A stretch of 64,000 nt of DNA from Pseudomonadota bacterium (GTDB taxonomy: Bacteria > Pseudomonadota > Gammaproteobacteria > Steroidobacterales > Steroidobacteraceae). Both the position numbers and the translations under genes were made by a program. How positions within the stretch are numbered: the stretch's first letter is position 1; each line of letters begins with the position of its first letter. Of the stretch, positions 59,663 to 64,000 are shown in pieces. Below the pieces are notes generated by a model. The model was not told where the DNA came from. It worked only from the letters and a program-made list of their open reading frames with translations, and made no database searches. The DNA is taken from NCBI GenBank assembly GCA_021792555.1, contig JAJYUL010000016.1, positions 1,632-65,631 on the forward strand, in the 5' to 3' direction.

Positions 59663-60829
59663 TCACCCGATCCTGATCTTCGGCTCGACCGACATGCCCG
59701 GACCGAGCACACACCCCTGCGGCAACGCATCGAAATCGATCCGCACCGGCACGCGCTGCACGACCTTGACGTAATTGCCCGTGGCGTTCTGCGGGGGCAG
59801 CAGATCGAACGCTTCGCCCGAGCCACGCTGGATCGATGTGACGTGGCCGCGCGCATTGGCGTTCGGGCAGGCATCGATGCTGATGCTCACCTTCTGCCCG
59901 GGGTGGATGAGGTCGAGTTCGGTTTCCTTGAAGTTGGCCGTCACCCACAGCTTCAGCGGCACCAGCGCCATCAACTCCTGTCCTGGCGTGACGTAGTTGC
60001 CGACTGCCACGGATTTCTTGGTGACATGCCCGTCCTGTGCGGCCGTCACGGTCGTGTAGCTGAGATTCAGCCGCGCCCCCTGCACCTGCGCGCGGGCGCT
60101 CGCCACCCGCGCGGCGGCGCCGGACAGCGCTGCCCGGGCCGCTGCGATCTGTGCCTTCGCGCCGACGACGCGCTGGCGCGCTGCGCGCGCCTCGGCATCG
60201 GCGCTGCGTGCGGCCGTGACCACCTGGTCCATCTGAGTCCGCGCCACCGCCTTGGCGTTGCGCTTGTGCAGAAACCGGTAGCGCGCCAGATCGGCCCGAG
60301 CGTTGGCCGCTTGTGCTGCGGCGCTGGTGTACGCCGCCAGTGCCTGCTGCAGCGCCGCGCGGGCGACGGCGACGTTGGCGCGCGCTTCGCCGAGTCCGGT
60401 CCTCGCCAGCCGCTCGGCTGCAAGCGCCTGCTGCAATTCGACCCGGTAGGGCGTCGGGTCGATCTTGACTAGGACCTCGCCGGCCTTGACCTGCTCATTG
60501 TCGGTCACCGGCACGGCAATCACCTGGCCGGGCACGCGCGGGGAAACCGCGACGATGCGCGTATCGATGAACGCATCGTCCGTGCTGACGAAATGGCTCT
60601 CGTACCACCAGGCGAACAGCCCCACGACGACGATCACCACCAGCAGCGCGCCGGCGGCAACGGTGAGCACCATGCGGCTGCGCTGGCGGCGCTCTGGCTG
60701 GGGGGTTGCAGTCGGGCCGTCCCCGCGGACCTGCGCCGCGGGCGCGGCTTGCGCAGAAGACGGGGCGGGATCTTCGGGCCGCATATCGCGGCCGGTGGAG
60801 GGGGTCGTCGAATCCATGGCGTGGCGCAT
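59663..60829 (-). CDS. emrA: HlyD/EmrA-family membrane fusion protein
   Basis: VSTDDAFIDTRIVAVSPRVPGQVIAVPVTDNEQVKAGEVLVKID...coiled coil...NATGNYVKVVQRVPVRI. Alternative start at 60817. Confidence 0.85.
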   Translation of the reverse strand: MRHAMDSTTPSTGRDMRPEDPAPSSAQAAPAAQVRGDGPTATPQPERRQRSRMVLTVAAGALLVVIVVVGLFAWWYESHFVSTDDAFIDTRIVAVSPRVPGQVIAVPVTDNEQVKAGEVLVKIDPTPYRVELQQALAAERLARTGLGEARANVAVARAALQQALAAYTSAAAQAANARADLARYRFLHKRNAKAVARTQMDQVVTAARSADAEARAARQRVVGAKAQIAAARAALSGAAARVASARAQVQGARLNLSYTTVTAAQDGHVTKKSVAVGNYVTPGQELMALVPLKLWVTANFKETELDLIHPGQKVSISIDACPNANARGHVTSIQRGSGEAFDLLPPQNATGNYVKVVQRVPVRIDFDALPQGCVLGPGMSVEPKIRIG

Positions 60830-60907
60830 ATCTTACGTTCAGCGCGGTCCGATTGCGCGGCTTGTCGAGCGCTGACCCTGATCCCATGGCTTTGCAGGAC
60901 AGAGTAC

Positions 60908-60936
60908 TTGACGGAAACGAATCCAATCCGTAGAGT
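60908..60936 (+). promoter_or_regulatory. Putative sigma70 promoter of the membrane protein / wHTH / uppS-like operon
   Basis: TTGACG, a 17 nt spacer, then TAGAGT. Confidence 0.4.
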
Positions 60937-60970
60937 GCAAAGTCCATCCGTCTGCGGCCGGAATCCCCCG

Positions 60971-61585
60971 ATGCGATCAAATACGCCGGTGGCCATGGAC
61001 AGCCACGCGCTCGGAACGCTGAACTATATTCGCGCCTCGATTGAGGCAGCCGGGGCCTTCGCTGTGCCCGGCACCGCCGGCATCGCCATGGGAATCGTCG
61101 GCTTGGCGGCCATGGGGCTGGCCACCGTGCCGGCGCTCGCGCCGCATTGGCTGCCGATCTGGCTGATTGCGAGCGTGCTCGGCGCCGGGCTCGGCGTCGT
61201 ACTGATCGCCCGGCACCGATCCGGCGCCGGACTGCCGCTGTACCGGGGACCCGCGCGGCGCTTCGTGCTCTGTCTCGGCCCTGCGCTGCTCGCCGGCGCG
61301 GTGCTCACCGCCGTGCTCTACCAGGCCGGCGAGACTCGCCTGATCCCCGGCACCTGGCTGCTGCTGTACGGCAGTGCGGTGCTCTCGGCGACACTGCTCA
61401 CCGCACCGGTGATGATGCGCCTGATTGGCACCATGGGCGCCCTGTTCGTGCTGCTCGGCGCGGTGGCGTACACGTTGCCGCCGGGCTGGCACAACCTGGT
61501 GCTGGGCAGCGGCTTCGGTCTGCTGCATCTGGTGTTCGGGCTGCTGATCGGACGGCTCAACGGGCGAGCGGAGTCTGCGGCATGA
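60971..61585 (+). CDS. Hypothetical polytopic membrane protein
   Basis: 204 aa with about 6 hydrophobic segments. ATGA overlap with the next gene. Confidence 0.6.
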   Translation: MRSNTPVAMDSHALGTLNYIRASIEAAGAFAVPGTAGIAMGIVGLAAMGLATVPALAPHWLPIWLIASVLGAGLGVVLIARHRSGAGLPLYRGPARRFVLCLGPALLAGAVLTAVLYQAGETRLIPGTWLLLYGSAVLSATLLTAPVMMRLIGTMGALFVLLGAVAYTLPPGWHNLVLGSGFGLLHLVFGLLIGRLNGRAESAA

Positions 61586-61959
61586 AGCCCAGTGCCCGCC
61601 GCAGCGAGGCGCCGATGCGCACTCCCACACCGGAGAAGGCCCCGGCGCGGGCGGCGAGTCCCGCGGACTCGCAGTTCGACCGGCTGGTCTACGAACGGGT
61701 ACGGCTCGGCATCATGAGCGCCCTGGCGGTCAACGAGCCGCTCACCTTCAACGAACTGAAGGCCCTGTTCGATGTCAGCGACGGCAATCTGAGCGCGCAT
61801 GCCCGCAAGCTGGAGGAAGCCGGCTACATCGAATGTGCCAAGTCGTTCGCGGGCCGGCGACCGAAATCCGAGTACCGCCTCACGCCCGCAGGCCGGCAGG
61901 CGCTGTACCGTTACCTCGATCACATCGAGGCAGTCATCAAAGCCACGAGACGCTCATGA
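61582..61959 (+). CDS. Winged-helix transcriptional regulator (ArsR/PadR-like wHTH)
   Basis: FDRLVYERVRLGIMSALAVNEPLTFNELKALFDVSDGNLSAHARKLEEAGYIE...YRLTPAGR. Confidence 0.7.
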   Translation: MKPSARRSEAPMRTPTPEKAPARAASPADSQFDRLVYERVRLGIMSALAVNEPLTFNELKALFDVSDGNLSAHARKLEEAGYIECAKSFAGRRPKSEYRLTPAGRQALYRYLDHIEAVIKATRRS

Positions 61960-62663
61960 GCGCTGCGGGGAATTTTCATGTCGCCATCATCATGGATGGC
62001 AACGGCCGCTGGGCCCAGCGGCGCGGCATGCCGCGCAGCGCCGGGCACGTGCAGGGCGCGAAAATGGTCCGGCGGGTGGTCGAGGCAAGCGCGCGGGCGG
62101 GCATCCGCACCCTGACGCTGTATGCGTTTTCGGCGGACAACTGGGGCCGGCCGAGTCCGGAGGTCGATTCGCTCCTGCGCCTGCTGCAGTGCTATCTGGC
62201 CAGTGAAACCCGCCGCTGCCTGCGTAATTCGGTGCGCATCAACGTCATCGGCCGCCGCGACCGGCTGCCGGCGAGCCTGGTACGGGCGATCGAGCACAGC
62301 GAACGGCTGACGGCGCACTGCACGCGCATGCGGCTGCGCATCGCGGTCGACTATTCATCGAAACACAGCATTCTCGAGGCGGCACGACGCGCCTCGGCCA
62401 GCGGACTGTCGGCGCAGAGCTTCGAGTCGTTGCTCGCCGAGGTGGATCATTCCGCCGTGGAATCCGGGCCGGTGGACCTGCTGATCCGCACCGGCGGTGA
62501 ACAGCGCCTGTCGGATTTCCTGCTGTGGGATTGCGCCTACGCGGAACTCTATTTCACCGACGTGCTGTGGCCGGATTTCGGGGAGGCCGGGCTGCACGCG
62601 GCGCTCGAGGATTTTGCTGGACGGCAGCGCCGTTTCGGCAAAGTGCTCGCCGAGACGGCCTAA
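61956..62663 (+). CDS. uppS: cis-prenyltransferase, undecaprenyl-diphosphate synthase family
   Basis: HVAIIMDGNGRWA...LTLYAFSADNWGRP...IRTGGEQRLSDFLLWDCAYAELYF. Confidence 0.8.
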   Translation: MSAAGNFHVAIIMDGNGRWAQRRGMPRSAGHVQGAKMVRRVVEASARAGIRTLTLYAFSADNWGRPSPEVDSLLRLLQCYLASETRRCLRNSVRINVIGRRDRLPASLVRAIEHSERLTAHCTRMRLRIAVDYSSKHSILEAARRASASGLSAQSFESLLAEVDHSAVESGPVDLLIRTGGEQRLSDFLLWDCAYAELYFTDVLWPDFGEAGLHAALEDFAGRQRRFGKVLAETA

Positions 62664-62669
62664 ATCGGC

Positions 62670-63287
62670 CTAGACGGCCGCAAAGTCGCGGGCTGCGGCC
62701 GTCCACTCCGGAGCAACCGCAAGCGCCTCGGGCACCTCTTCGGGCCGCTCGACCATCTGCCACATCGCAAGATGCCGATCGTCCATGAAACGCTCACGCA
62801 CCGCCGCGTCCAGCATTGCGCGCAGCGGCTCGAAGTAGCCGCGCGTGTTCACCAGCACGATCGGACCGAGAAACAGCCCAAGACGCTTCAGCGTCAGCGC
62901 CTCGAGCAGTTCCTCCAGGGTCCCGCTGCCGCCGGGCAGCGCGATCGCCGCCCGCGCGCCAGTCAGCATCAGGTGCTTGCGGGTGCGCATGTCCTCGACG
63001 AGCTTCAGCTCAGTCAGCCCGCGGTGGCCCCACTCCAGATCCGCCATGAAGCGCGGCAGAATGCCCACCACACGCCCCCCGCGCGCGAGCGCCCCATCGG
63101 CCAGGGCACCCATGGACCCCACTGCTCCGCCTCCGTACACGATCGCAATGCCCTGATCGGCCAGCACCTCGCCCAAGCGGAACGCCGCTCGCCGGTATTC
63201 CGGATCAGCGCTGCGGCTCGAGGCGCAATAAACGCACACCGTCCGATCGAAAGCGCGCTCCGAGGTGACGCTCACGGACTTCGCCAC
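62670..63287 (-). CDS. LOG-family (TIGR00730) nucleotide phosphoribohydrolase
   Basis: VCVYCASS...IVYGGGAVGSMG...ALPGGSGTLEEL. Confidence 0.85.
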   Translation of the reverse strand: MAKSVSVTSERAFDRTVCVYCASSRSADPEYRRAAFRLGEVLADQGIAIVYGGGAVGSMGALADGALARGGRVVGILPRFMADLEWGHRGLTELKLVEDMRTRKHLMLTGARAAIALPGGSGTLEELLEALTLKRLGLFLGPIVLVNTRGYFEPLRAMLDAAVRERFMDDRHLAMWQMVERPEEVPEALAVAPEWTAAARDFAAV

Positions 63288-63439
63288 CTGTGCTGTTTAC
63301 AAGAGGTCACGTGCATGCGCGCTCCGGAGGCATGGTGAGGCATCTTCCGCAACATGAGCGCGCCGGGCAAGTGCGTTTTGGGCTCCGAGACGGACGATTG
63401 CCATGAGCCCCATCCATTCCGTAATATCACCCGCCCCGC

Positions 63440-63495
63440 GCCGGTGTAGTTCAATGATAGAACCTCAGCATCCCACGCTGATGAGGTGGGTTCTT
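63440..63495 (+). pseudogene. Truncated tRNA-Gly(CCC)-like fragment (5' two-thirds only)
   Basis: GCCGGTGTAGTTCAATGATAGAAC...CAGCATCCCACGCTG...GTGGGTTC parallels the intact tRNA-Gly 43 nt downstream. It diverges in the T loop, and there is no complementary acceptor 3' strand. Confidence 0.55.
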
Positions 63496-63538
63496 ATTGC
63501 AGCGTACCCCGGATGCGCATTAGGATCCGCACACCATG

Positions 63539-63612
63539 CGGGTGTAGTTCAATGGTAGAACTGCAGCTTCCCAAGCTGCTAACGTGGGTTCGATTCCCAT
63601 CACCCGCTCCAC
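63539..63612 (+). tRNA. tRNA-Gly (anticodon CCC), CCA encoded
   Basis: Hand-folded cloverleaf: acceptor GCGGGTG/CACCCGC, D arm GTTC-AATGGTA-GAAC, anticodon stem GCAGC/GCTGC, loop TTCCCAA, T arm GTGGG-TTCGATT-CCCAT, then TCCA. Confidence 0.9.
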
Positions 63613-64000
63613 TCCCAGGCGACGCCAGGCAAGCTGCGGCAACAGCAGCGACGGCAAATAGCTGATCGCTTGGGAAAATTCGTGGGATCTGGACGGCGAG
63701 CCCGCCCGCGGTCATTGCCCGTGCTTGCCTCTCGTGGCCCCGGCATTCGCACGTAGCGTCGCACTTGGGCTTCACCTCAATTTCCAAGTGCGAACCAGAG
63801 ACAACGAGGCGAGTGCCTCAGTTCGTGATCAACCGATTACTCGTCACTGAACCAGAACTTCCGCAGTCGGCCACAAGCTGCCGGTGAGCCCACCGAATTG
63901 AGGGCCTCATTGCAGTCATTCGCAGACTTGAGGCATGATCCGCTGTGGGAGGATCAATGCGCAAGAGGCGAGATACATGAAAATCTACAAGCTGCTAGTG

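Overview
This is a high-GC proteobacterial chromosomal segment. Hand-counted 60-nt samples are about 70% GC in the core genes. Gene content and order look gammaproteobacterial: tsaD / rpsU-yqeY-dnaG-rpoD, folB-folK, cca, pyrE, ampG, trmB. I found no rRNA genes and no CRISPR array.

The left 8.3 kb is foreign-looking DNA (53-55% GC in sampled stretches). It holds a partial type I R-M methylase gene (hsdM, running off the window), a small ORF, a LexA-like S24 repressor, and a Tn7-like core operon tnsA-tnsB-tnsC-tniQ/tnsD. The element ends in ...CCCACA at 8321, preceded by three tandem 21-22 bp repeats. That end lies only 16 bp from the stop codon of nrdJb. This looks like site-specific, TnsD-style insertion behind the B12-dependent ribonucleotide reductase gene. 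The other transposon end is outside the window.

The RNR itself is split into nrdJa and nrdJb. nrdJa carries a 439-codon intein with a LAGLIDADG homing endonuclease, and an NrdR-box palindrome overlaps its promoter.

The remainder is mostly housekeeping and envelope genes:
- hsp20 with a sigma32-like promoter
- a translationally coupled operon of ECF sigma, anti-sigma, a beta-helix/RDD membrane protein, and an RND pump lacking an outer-membrane factor gene
- a 1082-aa DUF3857/transglutaminase/TPR protein
- a small RHH gene pair with a GGTACC-rich operator, divergent from a complete moxR-DUF58-DUF4381-batABCD operon
- emrAB fused in one tight block to kynU-kmo-rhodanese-trmB
- a membrane protein / wHTH / uppS-like mini-operon
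- a LOG-family gene
- a tRNA with a CAT anticodon (Ile2-like) next to a frameshifted DUF1697 gene
- a tRNA-Gly(CCC) preceded by a truncated copy and followed by lower-GC DNA

Many very long ORFs in the six-frame track are antisense artefacts of the high GC content and were not called.
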